Below, piece by piece: positions 1 through 12,539 of a stretch of DNA of 64,000 bases. Positions within the stretch are counted from its first letter, which is position 1; each line of letters begins with the position of its first letter. A program made the translations under genes and the position numbers. Source of the DNA: Deltaproteobacteria bacterium (GTDB lineage Bacteria; Myxococcota; Kuafuiibacteriia; Kuafuiibacteriales; Kuafuiibacteriaceae); the NCBI GenBank assembly GCA_040218735.1, contig JAVJQW010000049.1, positions 128,001 to 192,000 on the forward strand. Reading direction: 5' to 3'. The notes under the pieces are model-generated. The model did not search any database. It was not told where the DNA came from and worked only from the letters and a program-made list of their open reading frames with translations.

Positions 1-57
1 TCGCGCTCCGTCGGCGCCGGGAAGACGACGACGTTCACCTGGAAGTGGCCGAACTAG
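1..57 (+). CDS. 3' end of a gene running in from the left edge (SRSVGAGKTTTFTWKWPN*), possibly a PEGA-type C-terminus
   Basis: Frame open from base 1 to TAG at 55-57 with GC-rich third positions; tail resembles the end of the kinase at 42448-44073 (KDGQTTTYKCP). Confidence 0.4.
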   Translation, partial: SRSVGAGKTTTFTWKWPN

Positions 58-131
58 GCCATAACGGTCCCTCGCTTCACGAGTGACCTTGGCACAGTCC
101 TCGGACCCGCCGCATTCGCGGCCTCGACCCG

Positions 132-548
132 CTACTCGGGGCGGGGGTTCATGACGATCTCGACGGTCTGACTCGTCGAGGCGTCGATCGGGCTGTCGGC
201 GCAGCCCGCCGCGATGCCCTCCTCGGGGAGGGTGTCGAGGGTCGGCAGCGCGTACACGCGGAACGTGAGGTCCGGGTACGAGTCGAGGTTCACCGGCGCC
301 GCGACGACGTCGTTGCGGTTCGGGTACTCGACCTTCGCTTCGGTCTGCAGGAGCATCGTCTGCGTCGTCGTGAACAGGTCGTCGCAGCCGCTGCCGTTTG
401 GCGGGACCTGACGCACGAAGATGTGCAGCCCGCGCGTCCGCAGCTCGATGTCGGCGTCCGCGAAGGAGACGTCGAGCTCGACCTGGCCGATGTTGCCGCA
501 AGCGAAGGAGGAGGAGAGCAGGAACAGTCCGAGGGTTCGCTTCAACAT
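132..548 (-). CDS. Putative lipoprotein
   Basis: MLKRTLGLFLLSSSFAC signal peptide with lipobox-like SFAC; alternative ATG at 578; the ORF-track N-terminal extension is shadow of the upstream gene. Confidence 0.7.
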   Translation of the reverse strand: MLKRTLGLFLLSSSFACGNIGQVELDVSFADADIELRTRGLHIFVRQVPPNGSGCDDLFTTTQTMLLQTEAKVEYPNRNDVVAAPVNLDSYPDLTFRVYALPTLDTLPEEGIAAGCADSPIDASTSQTVEIVMNPRPE

Positions 549-583
549 GCCCGCATCCGGCGTATCCCGAAGGCCCATGAGGG

Positions 584-2209
584 TCAACTTCGCTTGAACA
601 GCCGGGACAGGGCGCTGCCGCTCCCCGGGTCGTCGTCGTTGTTCTGGCGCCGCTTCAGCAGGCGATATTCGCGCTCCGCGTCCGTGTGTTTGCGGTCCGC
701 CCGCAGGGCCTCCCTGAAGTGGTGCAGCGCCTCGGCCGGTTTGTCCTGCTCCTTGAGGATCCGCCCCAAGTAGTAGTGGATGTTCGCGTCCTTGGGGCTC
801 GCCTTGAGCGCCTCGAGCATCAGCGGGTAGGCCTTCTTCATCGCCTCGTCCCGGTCGAACTTCGGATCGGCGAACATCGCCCACCCGAAGAAGGCCTTGT
901 ACGCACCGTTGCTATCGTCGGCCTCCATCGCGAAGCGGAAGAACTCGCGCGCCTTCTGATACTCGCGCTTCTTCAGCATCACGACGCCCATCTGCGACTT
1001 CACCTCGGCCTCCCGGATCAGCTCGGCCTTGCGGGCGTCGCCCTTGATGCGGTCGTCGGCGAGGAGCGCGACGTACTCGGCGCGTTTTTCGTCGTTGGTG
1101 AGGGTCTGGTACGCGTCGTTGAGCGCGGCGGTGATCTCGCGCGCCTTCTCCTTCGACGCGTCCGGCACGTCCATCGGGAACGCGTCGGGGTGGTACTTCT
1201 TTGCGAGGTTGGTGAACAGGCCGCGCAGGTCCGACGGGCTCGTTTTGTCCGTCGCGCCGAGCAACTCGAAGTGGTTCTTCTCCTTCAACGCTTTGTGCAG
1301 CGCGTCCACCTCCTTCACGATCGGGTGGTTCGGGTTCACGCGCGGCTTCGACGGCGAGCGCGGCGGCCGTGACGGCGAGCGGGGCAACGGCGTCGACGCG
1401 CGCTGCATCGGCTCGGCGTTCGTGACGCCCATCTGGCCCTTGAGGAGGGTCGCCTTCGGGATCGGGATGCCCTTCTTGGCGGGGAACAGATCCAGCGCGT
1501 TGAGCAGCTCGAGCCCACGCAGGAACCCACGCACGAACCGGCGGTTCTTCAACGCGCGCTCCAGCTGGTCCGGCTTGCGCGGCTTCGTGAGGTACGCGAG
1601 CACGCGCTTTTCGTCGCGGCTCGGCTCGTAGTCGGTGGGCAGGCGCTTCTGGTTCACCTGCACCGCCTGGCCGAGCAGATCGTTCGACAGCTTCCGAAGC
1701 TCGGCGTCCGCTGCGCTCGACTCGAGGGCGCCGAAGAACGCACCCCAGGGGTCGAGCTTCACACCGAGCTCGCGGATCCGCTGGTCCTCGCCGGGCGCCG
1801 CCTGGAATTTTGTGCCCTCCAGCCCCATGAGCCTTCGCATCCGCAGCTCGGTCTGCTTCTTCACGAGGCGACGCACGTCCTCGGTCGAGACCCCCGCGTT
1901 TGCGACGAGCAGCGTCCCGAGCAGCGCCGCGCCGGGGCCGAGGCGCTCTTGCTCGGCGAGCGCCGCGTCGATCGCCGACTGCGAGCAGCGACTCTCGGCC
2001 ATCAGGAGCTGACCGAGGAACTCTTCGCGAAACCCCGCGCCGCCCGCGTGCACGGGCGCGCCGTTCTTGAAGAAGAGCGTGCACAGGCCGGTCTCGGCGT
2101 GCACGAGGACGCCGCCCGAGAAGCGCGTGCGCACCGCGGAGAAGAACAGGTCCGAGAACCAGCTGCCTTCGCCGAACGTACCCTCCGTTGCGCTGCTCAG
2201 GTCGATCAC
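584..2209 (-). CDS. DnaJ (J-domain) and TPR-containing protein with N-terminal DUF4388/PATAN-like region
   Basis: J-domain NHFELLG...LAKKYHPD...NDAYQTLTNDEKRAEY followed by TPR-like helices (HYYLGRILKEQ...ALHHFREAL). Confidence 0.85.
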   Translation of the reverse strand: MIDLSSATEGTFGEGSWFSDLFFSAVRTRFSGGVLVHAETGLCTLFFKNGAPVHAGGAGFREEFLGQLLMAESRCSQSAIDAALAEQERLGPGAALLGTLLVANAGVSTEDVRRLVKKQTELRMRRLMGLEGTKFQAAPGEDQRIRELGVKLDPWGAFFGALESSAADAELRKLSNDLLGQAVQVNQKRLPTDYEPSRDEKRVLAYLTKPRKPDQLERALKNRRFVRGFLRGLELLNALDLFPAKKGIPIPKATLLKGQMGVTNAEPMQRASTPLPRSPSRPPRSPSKPRVNPNHPIVKEVDALHKALKEKNHFELLGATDKTSPSDLRGLFTNLAKKYHPDAFPMDVPDASKEKAREITAALNDAYQTLTNDEKRAEYVALLADDRIKGDARKAELIREAEVKSQMGVVMLKKREYQKAREFFRFAMEADDSNGAYKAFFGWAMFADPKFDRDEAMKKAYPLMLEALKASPKDANIHYYLGRILKEQDKPAEALHHFREALRADRKHTDAEREYRLLKRRQNNDDDPGSGSALSRLFKRS

Positions 2210-2225
2210 GGTGTTGCGGTCGCTC

Positions 2226-3020
2226 CTAGTTACTCGGCTCGTTTTTGCAGATGTGGACCTGCGCGCCCGACACCGAGTCTATCCCGGCGAAGGCCGGTTC
2301 GCAGATACCCCCCGCCAGACAATCACCGCCGCCCGGTCGACAGATCGCGTAGCAGGCCTCGGCGCCCGCCGGTTCCTGGGTGCCGCGCGAGCAGATCATC
2401 GCGCGCCCGAAGCCGTCCTCGGCAGAACAGAGATCCTCCACACCGCACTGCTCGTTGCGCGCACGCGCGCCGGGGACGATGCAGGCCGTGGTGCGTGACT
2501 GCCCGATGGGGTGGCAGACCTGGCCCCCCGCACAGGGCTCGTCGAGGGTTTTGTAGATCTCGCAGATCGTGAAGCAGATGCCCGCGCCGTTGAAGAACTC
2601 ACACTGCCGGCCCGGTCCGCAGGAGCCGGGCGTCGAGTCACACACCCCCTCCGAGCACACGCCGCCGCGCGGCGTCGACCAGCAGGTGTTGCCGTCCTGC
2701 GGGCACTGCTCGCTGATCCGCAGGCTCGACTCCGGGATGCCGTAGCTCTGCACGGTGCAGCGCGGTAGGCACCGAAATCCGAGCTCGTTGACGTTCTCGC
2801 AGATCGCCGCGCCCTGACAGAGCAGGTCCCCGCCGGGCGGATCCGTGTCCGTCGCGCAGGCCTTGAAGTCGTCGACGGACGCACGCGGGATGCACGAGCC
2901 GCTGCTGGTGCGGCACACGTGGTCCTCGTCGCACGGGCACGGGAGGTCACCGACGTCGTCGAAGTCGAGCGCGAGCGAGCACGACGTCGTCGCGAAGAGC
3001 AGGGCGATCCAGCGCTTCAA
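2226..3020 (-). CDS. Cysteine-rich secreted lipoprotein
   Basis: TTG start overlapping the upstream TGA; LKRWIALLFATTSC lipobox; many regularly spaced Cys. Confidence 0.75.
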   Translation of the reverse strand: MKRWIALLFATTSCSLALDFDDVGDLPCPCDEDHVCRTSSGSCIPRASVDDFKACATDTDPPGGDLLCQGAAICENVNELGFRCLPRCTVQSYGIPESSLRISEQCPQDGNTCWSTPRGGVCSEGVCDSTPGSCGPGRQCEFFNGAGICFTICEIYKTLDEPCAGGQVCHPIGQSRTTACIVPGARARNEQCGVEDLCSAEDGFGRAMICSRGTQEPAGAEACYAICRPGGGDCLAGGICEPAFAGIDSVSGAQVHICKNEPSN

Positions 3021-4630
3021 AACACACCTCCCACGGCCATCAGCGCGCCGCCGTCCACGGGCACGACGCCGACCCGCGGGCCCCCCGTCACCTCCGCCGG
3101 GCTCGGCGCGCGGTTGGCGTCGATCAATAGGATGGCGATTCCGCCCGCGGCGATCGCGCTGCCGGCGATCCAGGTGATGTCGGAGATCAGCGCGTTGGTC
3201 TTGCCGCGGCTCTGCAGGTCCTCGAGGTCCGGGCTGAGCTGCGACGTGTCGCGGAAGTCGCCGTGCACCGTGGTGGCGAGGATACCGAACACGACGCCGG
3301 TGATGATCGCCGCCGTCCCGACGCCGACCATCGTCCACCCCAGGTAGACCTCGCTCGAGGTGGGCCGCTCCGTCGCGAGCGCGTTCGGCGCTCCGTAGCC
3401 CGGCGCCTGACCGCCGCCGCCGCCGCCGCCGCTCGGGGACTGACCGCCGCCGCCGAGCCCGAACGCGCCGCCGCTCTTTTCGCCGCCGCCGCCCGACGTG
3501 GCCGTCGGGTCCGTGCCGGCCGGCGCGCCGGTGCGCACGGCGACGAGGAGGCGGTCGAGGAACGCGTCGAGGTCGGCGTCGAACGTCGAGCCCTCCACGG
3601 CGAGCACGGTGCGCTCCGTCGCGATGCGGGTCCCGGTCGCGCCGTCGAAGACACCGCCGGTGAAGGTGGCGTCGCGCCCCGACTGGGTGACGGTGACGAA
3701 GAGGAGGACGTCCGCGACCAGAGTGCGGGTGATCTGGCGGAGCGCGCCGCCCATGCCCTCGTTACGGACTTCCTCGGCCGCGCGCGCCGCGAGGTCGCGC
3801 AGCTCGGGGCCGCGCTTGATGCTGCGCAGGCGCGTCTGGCTCGTGATGCGCTGGTTCGGCGAGACGTCGAGCGGCGCGCCGTGCACCGTGTACCCGAGCT
3901 TCTCGATCCGCAGGTAGTGCGTGCCCGCGAGGAGACCGTCGAGCTCGAAGGGGGTCGTGCCCTCGAAGCGCCCGTCGATGAAGACGGCGGCGTAGGGGGG
4001 CGTCGAGTAGATCTCCACCGTGCCGGTCGGGTTGCCGTCGACCCGCGCGAGCGCGCGCTCGAAGACCTGCGACACCGTGGGCGGGAAGCCGTCCATCGCA
4101 AACGTCGGGTTCACGGTGAGCAGCTCGACGAACGTGCTCTCGCCTTCGTCCGCCGACCCGCGCAGGACGAGCGCCGCACCGAGGTAGAGCAGGGCGTTCT
4201 GGAGCTCTTCGAGGTCGCCGAGGAGCGGGCCGGTCTGCTGGTACAGGCTCACCGCCTGACCGAGGCGCGCGATGGCGTCGTCGAGCTTGAGCGCGTCGTA
4301 CGCGCGGCGACCGTCGGCGAGGGCGGCGCGGGCGCGTTCGAGGGTCTCCTCCTCCCGGGTGCGCGGGTCACCGGAGAGGACGCGCCCCGGATCGATCAGC
4401 CGCAGGTCGCGCTCGGCGGCGACGCGGGTGCGCAGCCGGGCGTTGGCGACGGCGGCCGCCTTCTGCCCCGACGGATCGCGCGCCACGGCGAACACCGCGG
4501 TGGCGCGGAGCTCACCGGAAGCCTCGGCGATCTCGGGGGTGAGGAGCGCCAGCAGCGCGAGCGCTGCGGCGGATCGTGGGGCGCGAAGGTGCGCGTCGTG
4601 CCCGTGGGGCCATCCTGGCGTGTGTTCCAT
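3017..4630 (-). CDS. PEGA domain protein with TPR-like region and C-terminal membrane segments
   Basis: PEGA motif STPPYAAVFIDGRFEGTTP...GTHYLRIEKLGY; signal peptide; Gly-rich linker; hydrophobic C-terminus; start uncertain. Confidence 0.8.
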   Translation of the reverse strand: MEHTPGWPHGHDAHLRAPRSAAALALLALLTPEIAEASGELRATAVFAVARDPSGQKAAAVANARLRTRVAAERDLRLIDPGRVLSGDPRTREEETLERARAALADGRRAYDALKLDDAIARLGQAVSLYQQTGPLLGDLEELQNALLYLGAALVLRGSADEGESTFVELLTVNPTFAMDGFPPTVSQVFERALARVDGNPTGTVEIYSTPPYAAVFIDGRFEGTTPFELDGLLAGTHYLRIEKLGYTVHGAPLDVSPNQRITSQTRLRSIKRGPELRDLAARAAEEVRNEGMGGALRQITRTLVADVLLFVTVTQSGRDATFTGGVFDGATGTRIATERTVLAVEGSTFDADLDAFLDRLLVAVRTGAPAGTDPTATSGGGGEKSGGAFGLGGGGQSPSGGGGGGGQAPGYGAPNALATERPTSSEVYLGWTMVGVGTAAIITGVVFGILATTVHGDFRDTSQLSPDLEDLQSRGKTNALISDITWIAGSAIAAGGIAILLIDANRAPSPAEVTGGPRVGVVPVDGGALMAVGGVF

Positions 4631-4691
4631 TGCGATTCAGCGGACTTGTCGAATCTACCACCCACACCCCCACACCGGCTACCATGGGGCG

Positions 4692-5474
4692 GTGCGCGTC
4701 CGCGTCGCGTGGCTGGCCTTCGGCCTGTTCCTCACCTCGAGCGCCGAAGCGCGCCCGCTCACGATGCGGGCCGCGGATCGTGCGATCGATCTCGCGTTCC
4801 ACGCGGAGATCGCGGGCGACGTCGCGGGCGGTCGGGCCGAGCTCGAACGTCTGGTGGCGAGCGCCACGGAGCCGGAGGACACCGCCGCGCGCCAGCGCAT
4901 CACGTCCTGGATCGAGCGATCGAAGGTCCGCCAGGCAGCGTTCGCCGAACACGGGAAGACCGCGCCAGGTTACGCCGCGGCGTTCGAGACGTTGGACGGC
5001 TTCGGCGCCGAGCGCGCGGAGCTGCTGTGGAGCCGCGCGGTGCGCGACGTCGCGGGGCTGAAGGGTGCGCGGCTCGCGCTCACGCTCGTCACGGATCGGC
5101 TCGCGGGCCTGAAGACCGAGAAAGATCTCGCGGCGCGCCTCGCGAAGCTCGTCGAGCGTCACGGCGTCCACGTCGAAGAGGACCAACCGATCGTCGCGCG
5201 CCTCGACTTCGACGCGACGGAGACGAAGAAGGTCGGCCGCCGGACGCGTGTGGTGTGCAAGAGCTCGTTCGTGATCCGCGACAAACGACTCGGGACGTCC
5301 CTCGTCGGCTCCAGCTCGCAGCGCCGCACCGAGACCCGCCGCAAGGTGGCGGACGCCCGGCGCTTCGCCGTCCGGCGCGCGCTCGACGACGCTGCGGAAG
5401 ACCTCGTCTTCTACGTGCGGCTCGCTGCGCTCCAGCGCAAAGCGACGGTACCCATCGGTCCCACCGAACTTTGA
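4692..5474 (+). CDS. Hypothetical secreted protein
   Basis: GTG start, signal peptide VRVRVAWLAFGLFLTSSAEA, GC3-rich codons; TACCAT 6 nt upstream. Confidence 0.65.
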   Translation: MRVRVAWLAFGLFLTSSAEARPLTMRAADRAIDLAFHAEIAGDVAGGRAELERLVASATEPEDTAARQRITSWIERSKVRQAAFAEHGKTAPGYAAAFETLDGFGAERAELLWSRAVRDVAGLKGARLALTLVTDRLAGLKTEKDLAARLAKLVERHGVHVEEDQPIVARLDFDATETKKVGRRTRVVCKSSFVIRDKRLGTSLVGSSSQRRTETRRKVADARRFAVRRALDDAAEDLVFYVRLAALQRKATVPIGPTEL

Positions 5475-5507
5475 CACCGGGTCCATAGTGCGGTCCAAAG
5501 TAAGGGC

Positions 5508-7589
<2,082 letters not shown>

Positions 7590-7662
7590 AGCCGAGCCAC
7601 CGTTCAGGTTGTCCAAGAACGTTTCAGGGAAGCGTTACGACGCCCGGTTCGATAACCGTAAC

Positions 7663-8247
7663 GTGAAGGCCTGGTTTCGCATCGGTGCCGCGCTCTCGAT
7701 CCTCGTCGCGTTACTCTCGACGGCGTCGTCGAAGGCCGAGGACGCCTCACGCCTCTCGTTCGTCGCATCGGTCGCGAAGCTGCGCGTCGAGATGGACGTC
7801 CCGTCGGGGTACATCGCGTCGCAGTCCAGAACCCGCGACCCTGGGACGCGACTCCCGGTGCAAGCCGACGCCTGCACGCTTCGGCCCAACAACTGTACGG
7901 TCCATCTCCGCCCGGCCGAGCTCCCGCGCGGGTGGCGGATCTCTGCGTTCGTGCAGGTTCGGAAGCGGACGAGCGCACGCTCGCAGGCACATCGTGGCGT
8001 CGAGCAGACCTGTGACGAGGGCGAGACGAGCTGCTGGACGACCCGCGTACGCGATGGCGTGGTGCTGAGCACTCCGGTGTGGAAGAAGCTGAGCTTCGTA
8101 CGCCGCGTCGTTGCACCCACGCCGGGGTACATCGTGCACGCGGAACTCAACGCTGAGGGGATGCCGCTGAACGGTCCCGAGACGGAGGAGCTCCGCAAGC
8201 GCTTCGAGGCTGCGTTCGCCTCGATCCACGTCGTTCCGGCGCCCTAG
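7663..8247 (+). CDS. Hypothetical secreted protein
   Basis: Signal-like VKAWFRIGAALSILVALLSTASSKA; fills the gap between kinase and convergent phosphatase; start uncertain. Confidence 0.55.
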   Translation: MKAWFRIGAALSILVALLSTASSKAEDASRLSFVASVAKLRVEMDVPSGYIASQSRTRDPGTRLPVQADACTLRPNNCTVHLRPAELPRGWRISAFVQVRKRTSARSQAHRGVEQTCDEGETSCWTTRVRDGVVLSTPVWKKLSFVRRVVAPTPGYIVHAELNAEGMPLNGPETEELRKRFEAAFASIHVVPAP

Positions 8248-9008
8248 TCTCCCATGAACTGAACCAACGCCACGGTGATGTTGTCGGTCCCGCCGGCTTC
8301 GTTCGCCGCGTTGATCATCTGCTCGCACGCCGTCTCCAGATCCGGCGCGGACAAACAGATCTCCCGGATCGTGTCGTCGGTGATCATCCCGGACAGGCCG
8401 TCCGAGCAGAGGAGGTAGTGGTCGCCTTCCTTCGGGTCGAGGCGGTTCACGTCGACCTGCACGGTGTCCTTCATCCCGAGCGCGCGGACGATGACGTTTT
8501 TGTGCGGGAAGTTCTCGATCTCCTCGGGCGTGAGTTTGTTCGCCTTGATGTAGTCGTTGAGGAGCGAGTGGTCGTCGGTGATCTGCTCGATCTTCCCGTC
8601 GCGGATTCGGTACCCGCGCGAGTCGCCGACGTGGCCGAGGTAGGCGCCGCCCTGCGTGAAGAACGCGGTGACGATCGTCGTGCCCATCCCCTTGAAGCGC
8701 GCCTCGCGCGCCGCGGCCTCGTAGATGCGCTGGTTCGAGAACTTGATGGCCGCGACGAGGCGGTTCTCGTCATAGCGGAGGTTCTTCTCCTCCTTGAACG
8801 GCCACGTCACGTCTTCGTCACGCGTCGTCATGCGGAAGAAGCTCATGATGGTCTCGACGGCCATCTGGCTCGCGACCTCCCCCGACGCGTGCCCACCCAT
8901 CCCGTCTGCCACGATGTACAGACTCTCCTCGGGGAGCAGCGCGAGGTGATCCTCGTTGTGCGTTCGCTTCATCCCCACGTGTGTGAGGCCAGCGTATCTG
9001 AGCTTCAT
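8244..9008 (-). CDS. PP2C-family (Stp1/PrpC-type) Ser/Thr phosphatase
   Basis: GMKRTHNED, VADGMGGH, GMGTT, HVGDSR, LLCSDGL, GGTDNIT. Confidence 0.95.
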   Translation of the reverse strand: MKLRYAGLTHVGMKRTHNEDHLALLPEESLYIVADGMGGHASGEVASQMAVETIMSFFRMTTRDEDVTWPFKEEKNLRYDENRLVAAIKFSNQRIYEAAAREARFKGMGTTIVTAFFTQGGAYLGHVGDSRGYRIRDGKIEQITDDHSLLNDYIKANKLTPEEIENFPHKNVIVRALGMKDTVQVDVNRLDPKEGDHYLLCSDGLSGMITDDTIREICLSAPDLETACEQMINAANEAGGTDNITVALVQFMGD

Positions 9009-9057
9009 GGCACCCAAGACTGGACCGCGCAGATGGTTTCTTTGCCCGGACCCGTAG

Positions 9058-10005
9058 TCAAGTCGCGGCCAGCGGGACACACCAACGGGACCCCTGAGAA
9101 CGCCCGCGTTCGGGGGTTGTGCTTCCGAGGATCGTCCGATCGACGAGCACCACGTCCTCGAACGTCTCCCCGCGCCGCACGGTCACGTTCTCGCCCAGCA
9201 CACACCCCTCGACCCGCGCGCCGGCCTCCACGCGGGCCCCGGACCACAACACCGAGCGCGACACCCGATCCGACTCGACCGACGCCCCCGGCGAGCAAAC
9301 CACGTCCGGCCCCAGGCCCTCGGCGTGCGCCTGCACGTGCAGGCCGTGGTAGCGCTCGAGCGTCGAAAACTCCCACCAGCGCCCCTCGTCGAGCCGGCAG
9401 GCGTGCACCCGACCGGCCTCCAGGAAGGGCGGGTACACGTCGCGGATCGTGTCCGAGAACTTGGGCTCCGTCGCCGCGAGGACCTCGGGGCTCACCACGT
9501 GCAGCCCCGTGAAGAGCAGGGGGCTCGGCCCTTCGGGGACACGCCCCTCGCCGTAACCCGTCACCACTCCATCACGCACGCGCACCTCCCGGAAGTGCTC
9601 CCGCTTCGGGTTCGCGCGCAGGCCCAGCGTCACGGCGGCACCGGTCGACACGTGGTGTTCGAGCAGCCGCCCGATCTCCACCTGCGTGAACAGCTTCCCG
9701 TTGGCGATCAGCGTCGGGACGTCACGCGACAGCAGCCCCGCGTCCCGCGCGTGGGCGAGCGCCCCCGCCGTGCCGAGGATCTCCACCTCGTGCGAGAACG
9801 CCACGTCGTGCCCCTCGAGCGCGGCCCGCACCGACTCCGGACGGTGGTGGGTGTTCACGACGATCCGATCCACGTGCGGTCGAAGCCAGTCGACCAGCCC
9901 CGCCACCAAAGGCCGCCCGAGGAACGGCACCGCCGGCTTCGCGCGGTCGGCGGTCAGCGGCCACAGGCGAGTACCGAGCCCCGCCGCCAGGACGATCGCC
10001 TGCAC
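9058..10005 (-). CDS. NDP-sugar pyrophosphorylase (mannose-1-phosphate guanylyltransferase-like)
   Basis: VLAAGLGTRLWPLT..AKPAVP, EILGTAGAL, C-terminal hexapeptide-like repeats. Confidence 0.9.
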   Translation of the reverse strand: MQAIVLAAGLGTRLWPLTADRAKPAVPFLGRPLVAGLVDWLRPHVDRIVVNTHHRPESVRAALEGHDVAFSHEVEILGTAGALAHARDAGLLSRDVPTLIANGKLFTQVEIGRLLEHHVSTGAAVTLGLRANPKREHFREVRVRDGVVTGYGEGRVPEGPSPLLFTGLHVVSPEVLAATEPKFSDTIRDVYPPFLEAGRVHACRLDEGRWWEFSTLERYHGLHVQAHAEGLGPDVVCSPGASVESDRVSRSVLWSGARVEAGARVEGCVLGENVTVRRGETFEDVVLVDRTILGSTTPERGRSQGSRWCVPLAAT

Positions 10006-10006
10006 G

Positions 10007-12430
10007 TCACTCCCCAGCCCGCAGGAGGACGCGCTCGCGGAACGCCTCCATCCGGCCCTCGGCGTCCAGCAGGGCGTCCGCGTTCGTCGCCTGCTTCTCC
10101 GACAGCACGTCCACGCGGCGCTGCGCCTCCGCGAGGTCGCCGACGAACACCGTGTTCGACTCCTCGACCTTCACGAGCTGTCGCCGCGCCCGCTCCAGCG
10201 CGCGATCGATCTGTCGGGTCTGGCGCTTCAGACGCGCGATCTGAGCGTCGAGCTTCTTCGCCTCCGCGCGCTCCTCCTTGGACAGCTTCATCCTGAGGAT
10301 CGGCAGCGGGGTCAGCTCGGCGACGATCGGCTCCGCGCCGAGCCGGTCCGCACGGAAGCGTTTCCGCCACCGCTTGAACCCGTGTTTGTTCATCGTGAGC
10401 GTGAAGCGCCCCGCTTTGGGGAGCAGCACGTCGTACGCGGGGGTCTCGCCGATGGCCTCGCCGTCGAGCTCCAGCGTCGCCCCCGGCGGCTCCGAGCTCA
10501 CGTCGAGGCGCTGCGCGGGCGGGAGCGTCACATCCACGACGGACGCCGTCTCGGTCGTCGAGGCGATCACCACCCGCGTCGGGAGGTGCTCGTCGAGCTC
10601 CAGGGTGATCGTCGCGGTCTCGCCGAGCGCGATCGGCGCGAGCGATACCGGCGTCGGCTCCGCGAGCCGTGTGCCGTTCACCGCGACCACCGCGTCCGGC
10701 GGCGACGACCGCACCTCGAAGACACGCCCCGGAGCGAGGTCGAAGACGGCCTTGGTGTGTTTCGTCCCGGCCGGGATGCGGACCTCGGCGAACTTGGGGC
10801 GAACGGCGTGGTTCGTCTTCTCCACCCGCACCCGCAGCGGGCGGTCGAGCGGCAGCCGCTCCACCGTGTACGGGGTGGGCTTCGGCATCTTGCGCTCGTC
10901 GATGTAGATCGTGGCGCCTGCCGGCTCGGACGTCACCAGGATCGATCCGTACACGACCTGCGCTGCCGGCTTCGGGGCCGACTCACCCCCGACCGTCGCG
11001 ATCACGCCGACCGCGACCAACACCACCAGGAAGGCCCCGACGCCGAGCCAGACCACGGTGGGGATCGGCTTTCGAGGTTTGGGCGGCGACACCGGCCGCC
11101 CCGGGAGCACGGGCTTCGCGCCGCTCTTCGGGGGCGACTCGGCCTCCGCGTCCGGGTCGAACAACCGCTCGATCTGCGGCACGGAGATCGGCGGGACGGC
11201 GCGCTTCTGCGCGTCCTCGGACGTCTGCGCGCCGAAGTACTGCATCGACTCCATCGTCGCGGAGTTCGGGACCAGCGCGATGTCCTCCTCGGCCGCTTCG
11301 GGCGGCGCCGACGGCCCGCCGGGGATCTTCAGCGACGGGACGTCCGAGCTGGGGAGCCGCAGCGCCGGCGCCGAGCGCCCCGAGTCGAGGAACTCACTGG
11401 GCCAGCCCTCTTGGTAGACGATGGCCGTCCCCGTCGCCGCCTCCTGCTGAATCCACGTCTTGTCGAAGGACTCGTCGCCGGTCGGCGGCGGTGGCGCATC
11501 GATCGTCTGCTGCCCGACGAACGCGTTGAAGACCTTGCGGAGGAACTCGTCGATCGGCTGTTCGGGCGGGAGCTGACGGCGAATCGTGGTGAGCTGCGCG
11601 AGGGTCTCCGCGGCCGATCCGGGCCGTGCGTCCGGCTCGAGCGCCACGAGCCGCTGCGCGAGCGCCGAGATCTCGGGCGGAGCGTCCTTTCGGTAGCCGC
11701 ACAGCTTGGCGACGCGGGGCTGGATCGCGAGCACGCCGCGGACGTCGCCGCCCTCCGAGAGGACGCGCCGGGCCGAGACCAGCTCGGCGAGCATCACGCC
11801 GACGGAGAAGAGGTCGGCGCGCGGATCGATCGCGCCCCCCATCGCCTGCTCCGGCGCCATGTATCCCGGCTTGCCCTTGGCGGTGTGGGCGACCGTGACC
11901 TGCAGGCGCGCCTCGTGCCGCGCGATGCCGAAGTCCGACAGCTTCACGGCGCCCGCGCGGGAAAGCAGGACGTTCTGCGGAGAGACGTCCCGGTGCACGA
12001 CGTTCATCGGGCGCCCCTCGAGGTCGGTCAGCCCGTGCGCGTAGTCGAGCGCCTTCACCAGACAGATGCACAGGTCGACGGCGGCGCCGAGCGAGAACCA
12101 ACGCCGCTTCTCCGCGAGGACCCGACAGAGCTTGGCGAGGCTCACACCGTCGACCAGCTCCATCGCCATGTACGGGGTGCCGTCGACCTCGCCGTAGTCG
12201 AACGTCTGGACCACGTTCGGGTGGTTCAGGAGCGCGCTGACGCGGGCCTCCTCCAGGAACATCCGCCGCAGGTTGGGGTCGCGGCTGAGCTCGGGCGCGA
12301 TGCGCTTGAGCACACACGGCTTCACGACCCCGTCGGGTCCGAGCTGCCGGGCGAGGTGTACGTGGGCCATGCCGCCCTCGCCGGCGAGGGTCAGGAGCTG
12401 ATAACGCCCGAAGATTTCCGGTTCGGTCAT
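10007..12430 (-). CDS. Membrane Ser/Thr protein kinase with about three extracytoplasmic PEGA domains and C-terminal coiled coil
   Basis: GEGGMA, HRDVSPQN, DFGIAR, GKPGYMAPEQ; TM helix; SEPAGA/SSPPDA/SEPPGA PEGA starts. Confidence 0.93.
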   Translation of the reverse strand: MTEPEIFGRYQLLTLAGEGGMAHVHLARQLGPDGVVKPCVLKRIAPELSRDPNLRRMFLEEARVSALLNHPNVVQTFDYGEVDGTPYMAMELVDGVSLAKLCRVLAEKRRWFSLGAAVDLCICLVKALDYAHGLTDLEGRPMNVVHRDVSPQNVLLSRAGAVKLSDFGIARHEARLQVTVAHTAKGKPGYMAPEQAMGGAIDPRADLFSVGVMLAELVSARRVLSEGGDVRGVLAIQPRVAKLCGYRKDAPPEISALAQRLVALEPDARPGSAAETLAQLTTIRRQLPPEQPIDEFLRKVFNAFVGQQTIDAPPPPTGDESFDKTWIQQEAATGTAIVYQEGWPSEFLDSGRSAPALRLPSSDVPSLKIPGGPSAPPEAAEEDIALVPNSATMESMQYFGAQTSEDAQKRAVPPISVPQIERLFDPDAEAESPPKSGAKPVLPGRPVSPPKPRKPIPTVVWLGVGAFLVVLVAVGVIATVGGESAPKPAAQVVYGSILVTSEPAGATIYIDERKMPKPTPYTVERLPLDRPLRVRVEKTNHAVRPKFAEVRIPAGTKHTKAVFDLAPGRVFEVRSSPPDAVVAVNGTRLAEPTPVSLAPIALGETATITLELDEHLPTRVVIASTTETASVVDVTLPPAQRLDVSSEPPGATLELDGEAIGETPAYDVLLPKAGRFTLTMNKHGFKRWRKRFRADRLGAEPIVAELTPLPILRMKLSKEERAEAKKLDAQIARLKRQTRQIDRALERARRQLVKVEESNTVFVGDLAEAQRRVDVLSEKQATNADALLDAEGRMEAFRERVLLRAGE

Positions 12431-12539
12431 GAAGGAATCGTGGGAACGTCCGATGGGACGGTAACGCGGAAGTGCACGCGGAAAAAGTCCAGGCTTGGCC
12501 CGGATACCCGGCATCGGCGTAGACTCCCCGAGGATCTCG